64,000 nt of DNA from a virus (Duplodnaviria > Caudoviricetes), in the IMG/VR virus record IMGVR_UViG_2974586258_000001, positions 1 through 64,000 of that record; one strand, written 5' to 3'. The translations under genes were made by a program, and so were the position numbers. The notes beneath the pieces were generated by a model. The model ran no database searches, was not told the origin of the DNA, and saw only the letters and a program-made list of their open reading frames with translations. How positions within the stretch are numbered: position 1 is the stretch's first letter; every line of letters starts with the position of its first letter. This document shows, in pieces, positions 1 through 8,853 of the stretch.

Positions 1-20
1 ATATATCAGAAGGATACTAA

Positions 21-272
21 ATGAAAATACCACTATCAATACTAAAAGAGTATGTTGAGACATTGGAGAAGTTAGAAATTGACAATTTAAATCTAGAAAT
101 CATGGATAACCGTATTGGCCCCGATTACTGTCTAGTTATATCTGAGGAGCACAAACTAGTTAATGTAGAAGTAAACCATGCACAAAAACAACCTAGATAC
201 ATTGATGCTAAATTTTCTTTACAGCCAGTTAAGATTGCTACATTGGTCTTGAATAATGATTATACTAAATAA
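21..272 (+). CDS. hypothetical phage protein
   Basis: 83-aa ORF with AAGGA RBS upstream. Confidence 0.7.
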   Translation: MKIPLSILKEYVETLEKLEIDNLNLEIMDNRIGPDYCLVISEEHKLVNVEVNHAQKQPRYIDAKFSLQPVKIATLVLNNDYTK

Positions 273-540
273 ATTACAACAATATTTAAGAAACAGACGA
301 ACAAGAACAAACATTCGTGTTATGATTGAAATCAGCAGAGATTACAAGACATTCATTAAAGTAACACAACTACAATTAACACGATCTCAGTTTTACAATA
401 TGACAGAACAACAACGGTTTAATTTATTGCATGATGCAATTGGTGGTGTTGAGTGGGGAAGTATCTATGATGAGCTAGGCTTGGCATTACTATTTATTAG
501 TTTGATATTAATATTGGTGTTTGGTGTCGTTATTATCTAG
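256..540 (+). CDS. hypothetical protein with C-terminal transmembrane helix
   Basis: 94 aa; hydrophobic C-terminus LGLALLFISLILILVFGVVII. Confidence 0.65.
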   Translation: MIILNKLQQYLRNRRTRTNIRVMIEISRDYKTFIKVTQLQLTRSQFYNMTEQQRFNLLHDAIGGVEWGSIYDELGLALLFISLILILVFGVVII

Positions 541-675
541 GCGACCTCACACTAGTTTATCAATTGCATAAAATAGTAATCTAATACATTAATCACACAA
601 TAATATTATAATATGTCGGCCTCGACTTGGTTAGACCTTGTTGAGGTTTAGTTGTATAAATAAGAGGAGATTAAA

Positions 676-987
676 ATGGATAGAGAACAATTTATTACGA
701 ATAGTTGTAAATCATTTAGAGAAATACAAAACATACCATTCGGAAAAGAACGGAGAACACAATTATTGTTGTGGCTTCAAACACAAACAAAAGAAATGAG
801 CTGGCACATACCTTATGGTTTTATTGTTAATAAAAGACATCAACTAATTGTTAATAAAGACCCAGATTTACAATATCTTATTAAGAAAGGAATATTGATT
901 CAGATTAATAAATTATTGACACTAAGAACTAGCTATAACTATTTAGTATTGGCTGATAAATACAACAAGAATGGCACATTGAAATAA
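676..987 (+). CDS. hypothetical phage protein
   Basis: 103 aa; GAGGAG RBS. Confidence 0.75.
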   Translation: MDREQFITNSCKSFREIQNIPFGKERRTQLLLWLQTQTKEMSWHIPYGFIVNKRHQLIVNKDPDLQYLIKKGILIQINKLLTLRTSYNYLVLADKYNKNGTLK

Positions 988-998
988 GGGAGATAAAC

Positions 999-1331
999 AT
1001 GACACTATCAGAACTGAAAGAATTAGTAGAACAAATGGAACAACAGGCTACTAGACAACGCTTGAACTTAGAAGATATACAAGTAGTTATCGCCACACAT
1101 AAAGTTGGTTTGATTGGTGTAACACCTAATACAAATATCAAATATATTAATTTAGGTTTTGATTGGGACAGAGGTAAACTAATCATTTATCCTGAACAAA
1201 CATTACGAGAGATTGACAGGGATGAAATTAAAACACTCAAGGATAAATATGAAGAGTTAGGTTGGAGTAAATATAAGATTGACAAGATAGTCAAAGAGAA
1301 TAAGAAACTGAAGGAACAATTGAATAAGTAA
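999..1331 (+). CDS. hypothetical phage protein
   Basis: 110 aa; GGGAG RBS; GFDWD motif typical of small phage proteins. Confidence 0.75.
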   Translation: MTLSELKELVEQMEQQATRQRLNLEDIQVVIATHKVGLIGVTPNTNIKYINLGFDWDRGKLIIYPEQTLREIDRDEIKTLKDKYEELGWSKYKIDKIVKENKKLKEQLNK

Positions 1332-1396
1332 TATAATAATAATAGAGGCGACCTCGTTGTAGGTTCGCCTTCCTGTATTTAAGTAGAAGGAGAAAT

Positions 1397-2173
1397 ATGA
1401 AAATAGATAAGAGTGAAAGAGATGCAGCGATTTTAGATATAGTTTATAATGGCGGATTTCCAATAACACAAATTGTATCAAAAGAGTATTTAGAAGGGAT
1501 TGACACATTTGCAGAACCAACTAAACAATTTATAAACAAGTATGGGCACGTAGCGATAACACTAAAAGGAAATAGGGATTTAACACTAAGAACATTGCAA
1601 GAGATCATGGCTGGTACAACGCCACCGGAAGGTACAGAATTATTTTGTGTTGTCACTGAGAACGACAATTACAGAAAACCAGATAATATGACATTAGACG
1701 AACATTTTGAATTGTTATTAAAGGAACCAAACCAATTTAAATTCCTACAAAGTTGTGGTTACACAGAAGTTAAGAGAACTGCCCAAGAGTTTAAGAGGAA
1801 GCAGTCAGGCTTCAATGCTAAAGAACCCGGTTTTGTTTATGTTGTTAGATACTATAATGAGGACATTGAGTTTATCAAATACGGCATAACACATAACTAC
1901 ACAGACAAACGTCATGATGAACAGGCAGGAGCTGCAAAGAGAGTCGGAATACATTATGATTGGGAAGTTTTGTTTAAGTCGCCCATGTCTAAAGGGAAAC
2001 AAGTAGTTGAAGTAGAGGCTACATTAAAGAAGCTGACAAAACAAGCAATATACAAGCAACAACATAATATAACTAAAGACATATTTCCAGATGGTTACAG
2101 TGAGACTCTTCCGATAGATTATGTGATTGATGTGTTAGATTATGTTGAGAATACAGAATGGTCTTTGGACTGA
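1397..2173 (+). CDS. GIY-YIG-superfamily (T5orf172/Hef-like) endonuclease domain protein
   Basis: C-terminal GFVYVVRY...FIKYGIT...KR..EQ...IFPDGYSETL matches the C-terminus of the ORF at 58427. Confidence 0.65.
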   Translation: MKIDKSERDAAILDIVYNGGFPITQIVSKEYLEGIDTFAEPTKQFINKYGHVAITLKGNRDLTLRTLQEIMAGTTPPEGTELFCVVTENDNYRKPDNMTLDEHFELLLKEPNQFKFLQSCGYTEVKRTAQEFKRKQSGFNAKEPGFVYVVRYYNEDIEFIKYGITHNYTDKRHDEQAGAAKRVGIHYDWEVLFKSPMSKGKQVVEVEATLKKLTKQAIYKQQHNITKDIFPDGYSETLPIDYVIDVLDYVENTEWSLD

Positions 2174-2180
2174 CGATATA

Positions 2181-2215
2181 GGGGCGACCTCAAAAGAGGG
2201 TTGCCTTTTCTTTTG
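2181..2215 (+). terminator. intrinsic terminator
   Basis: GGCGACCTC-AAAA-GAGGGTTGCC hairpin followed by a T-run. Confidence 0.7.
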
Positions 2216-2795
2216 CTTGAAATATACCCCACCCCGCCATATGAGATTGTTTGTATAGCCCCTGTACTAGACTTCCTACCTTAGAAAATATCCTCATGAT
2301 AGATAGTCATAATGTTGCAGATATATCGCCAAAGGGTTAATCAACCCAAATGCGACCTATTATCATTATCGCTATGATTCTCAAATATCAGGCACATATT
2401 TCACGTGCTACAAGTGTGTCAAATGTTAATAAAAATAATTCTCATTAAACTTTAGATTCAATATCGCAATAAACTATTATTTAATAATTAAACTACAATT
2501 TAAACTATATTTATTTTTAAAATTATATTGACTTATCAAGGAAGTTATGACTCACATTTAGACTTCGTTGAGTGTTCCAATTGAAACTAAAACATAAAGA
2601 CAAATGATAATAATTATCAATACTATTTAGATTCAAATGAACCGAATTACCTTCGGCATTTTAGGATTACCTTATTTAACATAACTAATACTAATATTCA
2701 TATTGGTTACGCCTACCGAACGGGATTCTGAGCTAGAAAACAATGGTTGACAAGATGATAAAATTAAGCTAGAGGATAGACCAGCCCTGACTTCA

Positions 2796-2812
2796 TGCAA
2801 CTTTCATGCCAA
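2796..2812 (-). promoter_or_regulatory. sigma54 (-24/-12) site
   Basis: Minus strand TTGGCATGAAAGTTGCA; GG-N10-GC spacing; 1 mismatch to TGGCACG-N4-TTGCW. Confidence 0.6.
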
Positions 2813-2971
2813 GTTATATTAGCTGAGGATAATGTGAGAGATAACGATATAGACTAAAGATTACAGAAGCCTAGTTGCCTTTGAGGTTGTCCCGAATCGC
2901 CTTGTGCTAAATGATAATCATTGACGTTTAGATTCTCAATTCGTCTGACTATCAATTGAGGGCTGTGCCCT

Positions 2972-2988
2972 CTGGCACCTTTGGTGCT
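2972..2988 (+). promoter_or_regulatory. sigma54-like site
   Basis: CTGGCACCTTTGGTGCT; GG-N10-GC spacing. Confidence 0.45.
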
Positions 2989-3254
2989 ATTAATCAAATA
3001 AGAATGATTATCGTTTGTATTATGACTTTCATTGCTGTTTGAGATGCAAGAATGCAAGCATAAAAGAAAAATTAATACAATGATTGTTTGTTGTTGTACA
3101 TAGAAGAGGCTATTGTCTAACAATATTAACAATATTGCCATCCAACACCTCTTCTGAAAGTGCAATATTACTATTAAAAGAGCAATGAGTTAGCATTAGT
3201 GTCATAAGACACCGAGACCATAGAGGTCTCAATTGGCCTCATATTTCATAAAAT

Positions 3255-3468
3255 GAAATAATATTATATAACCAAGATTGCAAAGCAATTTTGTTTATAT
3301 AATTGAGGCTGCAAATAAACTTATACAAGATGAAGTCTTTAAGAGCCGAAAATATATAAACAAAGCAATTTTATGATAATTATTCTCTGAATAATTTGAA
3401 TATTAAAAATTGACTTGGTTATATAATATTATTTCGGCTTCGCCGTTCCGCCTCGCCGAAATAATATT
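3255..3468. repeat. nested inverted repeats
   Basis: 22-bp perfect inverted repeat 3255-3276/3414-3435; 14-bp stem hairpin 3425-3468. Confidence 0.85.
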
Positions 3469-3837
3469 TAAATGTAGGCTCGACGTTAGGATTAATGTTA
3501 AAAGAGAATTATTTTTATTTAGTTTATTATCTGTCTTTCTATTTATATTTTCTTTATATTTCAATAACTTATTAAATTTGTCAATTTTATTTGATTAATC
3601 TTGTATGTCTAGTTTTATTATGGGTTCTATTTGCTCTTGTATTAAATCGGGCTGTTAGGTAAGTAGTTGTATTGATATACTCTGAGAAATTGATTATGGT
3701 TGTTTCTGGATAGATTATATTTAATGTTTGCAGGCGCTCAATTGTTCACTTTTATATTATTGATAATAATTCTTATTCAATATTATATTATAAGCAAAAG
3801 AAAAGGCACCTTCCGGTGCCCTTATAACTTAAATTAT

Positions 3838-4032
3838 TTACATTTTATTACATGTGTAATCAATGAAAGCAAAACCACGCTCTATCCATCCTGCCGTTAC
3901 CATGTCGTCAATAAACAAAGGGCCATTAGTATTGCATTGTTCATATGTACTGAATTGAGAGGTAATAGGCGACTCGCATACCATGTCACCAGTGTTGTTA
4001 AGTGTGCACGCTATAATAATAAGTTCAAACAT
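3838..4032 (-). CDS. small early protein (paralog of 5168-5359)
   Basis: MFELIIIACTLNNTGDMVCE; GAGG RBS; own promoter. Confidence 0.7.
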   Translation of the reverse strand: MFELIIIACTLNNTGDMVCESPITSQFSTYEQCNTNGPLFIDDMVTAGWIERGFAFIDYTCNKM

Positions 4033-4083
4033 TTCTGTCTACCTCTGCGTTTCGGTCAGGCCCTTGCCTCACCTTCTGAAATA

Positions 4084-4112
4084 AGTATAACAAAGGACTT
4101 ACCAAACCGCAA
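4084..4112 (-). promoter_or_regulatory. sigma70 early promoter
   Basis: TTGCGG-N17-TATACT with an A/T-rich UP region. Confidence 0.7.
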
Positions 4113-4141
4113 GCCCTCAAAACAAAATAAATCCGATATTT

Positions 4142-4157
4142 TGTGATGTGTGTCACA
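4142..4157. promoter_or_regulatory. CRP-binding site
   Basis: Perfect TGTGA-N6-TCACA followed by TTT. Confidence 0.6.
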
Positions 4158-4159
4158 TT

Positions 4160-4414
4160 TTATACTTCACCAGCACCTAATATAATTTTCTGTCCCGATG
4201 TATCAACTACAGCACAACACCAATATATTTTATTTTCGTCTGATATTGTCATCATGTGTAATTGCACAGGTTTATTGTTGAGGTGGCTTGATGTTTCTTC
4301 TGATAATTCTATAAGTGTTGAATCATCAGCAATTAATGATTTGTTACCAAACTTTTTGAGATATTTTAAATCAAGTTTAACTAAGTCGTAATAACTCATC
4401 TCTTCAACTTTCAT
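4160..4414 (-). CDS. hypothetical early protein
   Basis: 84 aa; start overlaps upstream stop (ATGA). Confidence 0.7.
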   Translation of the reverse strand: MKVEEMSYYDLVKLDLKYLKKFGNKSLIADDSTLIELSEETSSHLNNKPVQLHMMTISDENKIYWCCAVVDTSGQKIILGAGEV

Positions 4415-4680
4415 GTTTTATTCACCTCGTCTATATCATATTGACTCAATTCATCATCATAAGCCATTGCATGGACTCTCACAGAAGATACTAGATAATT
4501 AATCTCCGAGAGTTCATTTTGTTCCAATCCCTCTTTGTCTATTGAGACAATAATGGCACGTCCTAGACATTTAGATTTAAATTTGTCTGTTTTTGAATTG
4601 TTCAATTGTTGTTCGGCTATAATTGCGTGTTGTTCGTCAATACAGATCAGTTTATAGTAAATGTTTTCCATGATGTTCAA
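4411..4680 (-). CDS. hypothetical early protein
   Basis: 89 aa; GAGGA RBS. Confidence 0.7.
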   Translation of the reverse strand: MNIMENIYYKLICIDEQHAIIAEQQLNNSKTDKFKSKCLGRAIIVSIDKEGLEQNELSEINYLVSSVRVHAMAYDDELSQYDIDEVNKT

Positions 4681-5167
4681 TCCTCTAGTGCCTTATCTAA
4701 ACAATACTCGCAAGCATTACAACTGAAGCAATAACGGCACCCACAACCTACCTCTCCACAATCGCAACAATCATATAATTCAAAACAAGTTAAACCTGTT
4801 CCATCTTTGTTTATACACCTTGATAACTTTTTAATTTCCATAATATTTAATCCTTAACTATAATATTAAATTTATCAAGTTTAATCAGTGCTTTGCGATA
4901 ATCTTTATCCGTGCAATTTTCAGACAGATAACCGATCAATTTAATATAATTTGAATATTTCATTGTTGGTTTAGTATATGTTGATTTTCTGTTAATCATC
5001 GTTAATCCCTCAAATCCCTAGAATTCTACGGTTAATCTTTAATTCCCGTTTAAGTCTAGCACAACGGGCAACCATTGCAAATCGATCCGGTGTTGTTAAT
5101 GTCGAACCTGATGCGCTTTTAGGGGCTGCCAGTGATTTTAGTTTGAAATTAGTCATTTGTCCAGTCC

Positions 5168-5359
5168 TTAATAATCATCCAGAATGATACATTTCAAAGA
5201 CTCCAGTTCTAAAAGGTTAGGAATCTCCTTTTCCAATTGAGTATAGCAAACAGATTCACGAAATGCAATATCAAGAATATGATCTTCGCACTCAACATCG
5301 CCTGAATTATTAATGATGCAAGCTGTCAGTACAAGTCCGAAAATTTGAGCCGTTACCAT
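5168..5359 (-). CDS. small early protein (paralog of 3838-4032)
   Basis: MVTAQIFGLVLTACIINNSGDVECE; ATG at 5359 with AAGGA RBS. Confidence 0.65.
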   Translation of the reverse strand: MVTAQIFGLVLTACIINNSGDVECEDHILDIAFRESVCYTQLEKEIPNLLELESLKCIILDDY

Positions 5360-5608
5360 AGTATTTAATCCTTTTATGTTTCTGTATTTATTACCTTTAT
5401 CAACTATTGTCAAATCAAAAACTATTAATTTTGATTTGTTTAATGTTTTCCTCATGCAGCTTGGCGGATTCCTTCATCACTTTATTGTTATGTTGAATAC
5501 CTTTGATGGTTGCAACAAACATCAAGCCGAGTACACATCCAAAAAGCATTGCTGTCATCATTTTCTTAATCTCCTTTGGTTTGGCCCCTTGCCTTACCTG
5601 ATGAAATA

Positions 5609-5637
5609 ATTATAAACAAAAGGGCTGCATGATGCAA
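5609..5637 (-). promoter_or_regulatory. sigma70 early promoter overlapping a terminator hairpin
   Basis: TTGCAT-N17-TATAAT; overlapping hairpin AAAAGGGCTGCAT-G-ATGCAACCCTTTT. Confidence 0.75.
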
Positions 5638-5661
5638 CCCTTTTAGTTAAATTATTTTAAT

Positions 5662-6099
5662 TTATTTTGATGTTTTCAGCTTCTTAAGCAACTTTGTCAG
5701 ATAGTAAGCATTAATTTCTGCCATCTCAGATTGATTTGGGGATGAAAAAATATCCCTTGCATATTCTAACGCTCCGATCTCTTCTTTTGTAATCTCAAAA
5801 CCCAACATTGCTGTTTGATGTGCCTTTTTTACTTCTTCGGTAATCTCTTCATCTTTGAAACTCCAAATACTTTTTAAGTAAATATATGCATCTGACATAA
5901 TATCTTTAATTGAGTGATACGGTTCACCAACAGACCAAACATGGTTCGATAATGTGCTGTCAATTTGAACAAACCGATAAAACTTACCATATTTTGCGAT
6001 ATACATACTTTTAAAGTCTAGACCATTACTTTCAAAAGTTGCAACCAGTTTAATATTCTCAAATCCAGCATCTTTCAAAATTTTGATTTCGTTTTTCAT
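5662..6099 (-). CDS. hypothetical early protein
   Basis: 145 aa; begins MKNEIK. Confidence 0.8.
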   Translation of the reverse strand: MKNEIKILKDAGFENIKLVATFESNGLDFKSMYIAKYGKFYRFVQIDSTLSNHVWSVGEPYHSIKDIMSDAYIYLKSIWSFKDEEITEEVKKAHQTAMLGFEITKEEIGALEYARDIFSSPNQSEMAEINAYYLTKLLKKLKTSK

Positions 6100-6157
6100 G
6101 GTGTTTTACCTTTTGTTTAGTATGTTGGTTAAAAGTTTTCCTCTACAAGATGCGCTT

Positions 6158-6186
6158 ATAATAAGCGCATCAAATCAGAAGATCAA
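6158..6186 (-). promoter_or_regulatory. sigma70 promoter with GATC in the -35 box
   Basis: TTGATC-N17-TATTAT; -10 lies inside the perfect palindrome 6149-6171. Confidence 0.55.
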
Positions 6187-6193
6187 CAACTAT

Positions 6194-6376
6194 TTACTTA
6201 ATATCTACGAAAAATGAATCTTCTGGTTTTCCTAACATAAAATAAAGATCTCCTGTATCTTCCTTGACTTTCAAAAAATAAGCCAATTCTTGGTATTGTT
6301 CCGGTTTGTTGTTAGTCCATGCCGAAAATACATCTTCCCTGTACAGAATAACCACTTCATTATTTATTGCTTTCAT
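6194..6376 (-). CDS. hypothetical early protein
   Basis: 60-aa ORF in the co-directional cluster. Confidence 0.6.
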   Translation of the reverse strand: MKAINNEVVILYREDVFSAWTNNKPEQYQELAYFLKVKEDTGDLYFMLGKPEDSFFVDIK

Positions 6377-6570
6377 TCTTCATCATTCCAAAGATCTCGC
6401 TTGTTGTTCCGTTGAGTCTTGTTCAATTTCCGGCCTTTGCTTGTCCGTTCTGCTGACTCTTCAAAATTGAAACGGGCTTTCTTCTGAATTTTGGTTACAT
6501 TGCTATTGGTAAAAGACATATAATTTATTTCCTTTTATATTTAAATTTATTTGAATGTTTGAAATTTAGT

Positions 6571-6909
6571 TTAACAAGTTACGTTGTTTTCATCTCTGAA
6601 GGCTTGAACCCAGCCTCTCAGCTTTTCGACTTCTTTTGTATTATAGCGGATCAAGATGCAATGTCCAGAACTAATGACAGTATTTTCTACTTGATCAATC
6701 TCAGTTTCAAGCTGGATCCCGCTGTCAAAAACCTGTCCGGTTTGATTATGCTTGTATGCAATATAACAATAACGTTCATTATTTGAATTCATAATTTGAT
6801 AAACCTTTTTGAGTAGCCAGATTGTAAACAGAAAACCTGCGGCAATGGGGGCGATCATTATCAGTAGTAAAATTATTATAATCGCCCAGTCTAAGGAATC
6901 ATGTTCCAT
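6571..6909 (-). CDS. membrane-anchored hypothetical protein
   Basis: N-terminal hydrophobic helix. Confidence 0.65.
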   Translation of the reverse strand: MEHDSLDWAIIIILLLIMIAPIAAGFLFTIWLLKKVYQIMNSNNERYCYIAYKHNQTGQVFDSGIQLETEIDQVENTVISSGHCILIRYNTKEVEKLRGWVQAFRDENNVTC

Positions 6910-6921
6910 TGTATGACTCTC

Positions 6922-7374
6922 TTAGTTAACACAAAAGACAGTGTATTCTCCCGCTTCTGTCTCACTGAAATCATAGCCGCTAAAGTGATGACCTGCCCCA
7001 TCATGTGAAATAATACCATTAGCAAAAGCTGTCAACATCTCATCATTGTTTGCAATAATGATCCCCAGTGCTTCATATGCATCAGCCTTTTGAATTTTTC
7101 GGATTGCATCAACTGGGATCCCTGTCACGTCAGACATAAACCAATCAGAACCACAGCCAAGAACATATGTATCACTCGCCAACTCATCTTTCATGATATC
7201 AAGAATATCATCATTACTGATAATACGATATTCACGGCCATCAAAATCTACATAAAAATCATTGTCAAAATTATCAGCAACATCTGCGATCAATTGTTTA
7301 ACATCAGAGTAAATATGATCACCGGAGTTGTGGGACAGGATAGCATTAACAATGGCTTTGATTTCGTTTTTCAT
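6922..7374 (-). CDS. acidic early protein
   Basis: 150 aa; Asp/Glu-rich; DGAGHHFSGYD motif. Confidence 0.8.
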   Translation of the reverse strand: MKNEIKAIVNAILSHNSGDHIYSDVKQLIADVADNFDNDFYVDFDGREYRIISNDDILDIMKDELASDTYVLGCGSDWFMSDVTGIPVDAIRKIQKADAYEALGIIIANNDEMLTAFANGIISHDGAGHHFSGYDFSETEAGEYTVFCVN

Positions 7375-7503
7375 GGTGTTTTACCTTTTTAGGTTGAATT
7401 AAGAATACTTTCTTTTCTAACTTTCTGGGTCTAATTATACAGTGATTTTCTTTCTTTGCAAGGTTTTATTTTTTTGTTTGTCCCTCTTTAATGTCCAATT
7501 AAC

Positions 7504-7713
7504 TTACTTAAGTTTAACACTGATAGTCTCACTGTCAACAGAAACAAAAGAATAATTTTGCAAGATATCATTAAACTTTTGTTTGGCTTGCTCAAAATTT
7601 TCCGCAATTACTTCTCGATTAATAAACGCACCTGGATTGGTTTTAGTTTGAACAAATGCGGAACAGTTATAAGCTTGTTTGATCGCCATGATTGACCCCT
7701 TGGTTATGTGCAA
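7504..7713 (-). CDS. hypothetical early protein
   Basis: ORF downstream of a TTGCAT-N17-CATAGT promoter. Confidence 0.6.
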   Translation of the reverse strand: MHITKGSIMAIKQAYNCSAFVQTKTNPGAFINREVIAENFEQAKQKFNDILQNYSFVSVDSETISVKLK

Positions 7714-7804
7714 TTGTGTGTCTGTCTATGACTATGACGCAAAAACAAACTTAATGCAAGATCTTTTTTCTAAAAATATTTTGATTTATTTTATGTAAGG
7801 ATGC

Positions 7805-7833
7805 TTGCTTTATCTTTTGTCGTGCTTTATAAT
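7805..7833 (+). promoter_or_regulatory. sigma70 promoter oriented against the gene cluster
   Basis: TTGCTT-N17-TATAAT with an upstream A/T tract. Confidence 0.7.
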
Positions 7834-7998
7834 ATCATTACAAACTAGAAAACGGACTACCATCGTCTTTAAATATGGCTAAGATACTTGCAAAAGATCG
7901 AAGGTTGATCGCCGGTAGCACGTCTAGAACAAATTTAATATCAAATGAAAATAACGCCAGCTTGTTAGGCTGGCAATTGTTTGAGCATTAATTATCTG

Positions 7999-8469
7999 TT
8001 ATGTCATAATAAAATGATCTCCCATTCTTAAGTGATATTTTGCCTTTTCAATTGCCTGCTTTTGTGCCTCTTTAAAGTTACCATTAACAACAAAATCCGA
8101 TCCAGTTTCACCTAGGATACCACAATTAATCTGCACTTTCCACGATGTTCGGTTGTCCTTATCACAATAGATCGAAATATTGTGGTTATCATAATGTGAG
8201 CCCTCATCGAAACCTTGCACATAGTATCGAATGATTTTCTTTTGTTCATCTTTGATCCATTTCAAATCAGGTGAACAAAAATATTCCATAGCCTCAATTG
8301 AATGTAACATAAAATTGTCGGTTTCGTCTTGTTCTGACTCAATTTTGTCGTGTACCTTTTTAATTTTCTGGTCTATACGATATTGTAACTCGATGTAAAA
8401 ATCATAATTTTCGTAACTAATCTCTTTCATCATTTCATCGAATGACATATTAGAATAAAAATTGATCAT
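7999..8469 (-). CDS. hypothetical early protein
   Basis: 156-aa ORF with AAGGA RBS. Confidence 0.75.
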   Translation of the reverse strand: MINFYSNMSFDEMMKEISYENYDFYIELQYRIDQKIKKVHDKIESEQDETDNFMLHSIEAMEYFCSPDLKWIKDEQKKIIRYYVQGFDEGSHYDNHNISIYCDKDNRTSWKVQINCGILGETGSDFVVNGNFKEAQKQAIEKAKYHLRMGDHFIMT

Positions 8470-8471
8470 TT

Positions 8472-8651
8472 TTAGATTTCCTTGATAAAGATGCAGGATA
8501 AAACAGAATGAATTGTTTTATTTGTTTCAAGATATTGATTGATCCCTTTCTTGGCGCTTTCATAATCTTTGGCTCGATACTCTTTTGTCATAGTTCTAAA
8601 TTGTCCAGTAAAATCGTCAATGAAATCAATAACAAAGATAAAAGTTTTCAT
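8472..8651 (-). CDS. hypothetical early protein (59 aa, below the ORF-track cutoff)
   Basis: MKTFIFVIDFIDDFTGQF...; ATGA overlap with the upstream gene. Confidence 0.65.
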   Translation of the reverse strand: MKTFIFVIDFIDDFTGQFRTMTKEYRAKDYESAKKGINQYLETNKTIHSVLSCIFIKEI

Positions 8652-8842
8652 TTTATAAACTCCATTAACTCACTATAAAAGGCCGATTCAGTTTTAACAG
8701 TATAAACAGCACCATCACAAAACGCAAGATCTTTTATCTTTTGCTTATGTTCGGGTTTCAACTCCCTAAAGGCTTGCCAGATTGTCCCACCTTGCCAGCC
8801 GTGAACCTTAAGCAACAATTCCAGAACTGTGAGAGATTGCAT
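8648..8842 (-). CDS. hypothetical early protein
   Basis: 64 aa; GWQGGTI motif. Confidence 0.7.
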   Translation of the reverse strand: MQSLTVLELLLKVHGWQGGTIWQAFRELKPEHKQKIKDLAFCDGAVYTVKTESAFYSELMEFIK

Positions 8843-8853
8843 AGCAATAAACC

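Larger units (their letters stand above)
2428..3777. promoter_or_regulatory. cluster of Fur-box-like sites
   Basis: Matches to AATGANAATNATTNTCATT at 2428 (1 mismatch), 2603 (1), 2910 (2), 2997 (2), 3759 (2), and a weaker one at 3372. Confidence 0.7.

Noticed and set aside
2174-3830. DnaA-box, LexA or NtrC arrays
   Set aside because: No good TTATCCACA, CTGT-N8-ACAG or correctly spaced TGCACC-N5-GGTGCA matches were found
2854-4146. ORFs 2854-3165, 3410-3598 and 3700-4146 as genes
   Set aside because: No RBS, low-complexity translations, and overlap with regulatory repeats or a real opposite-strand gene
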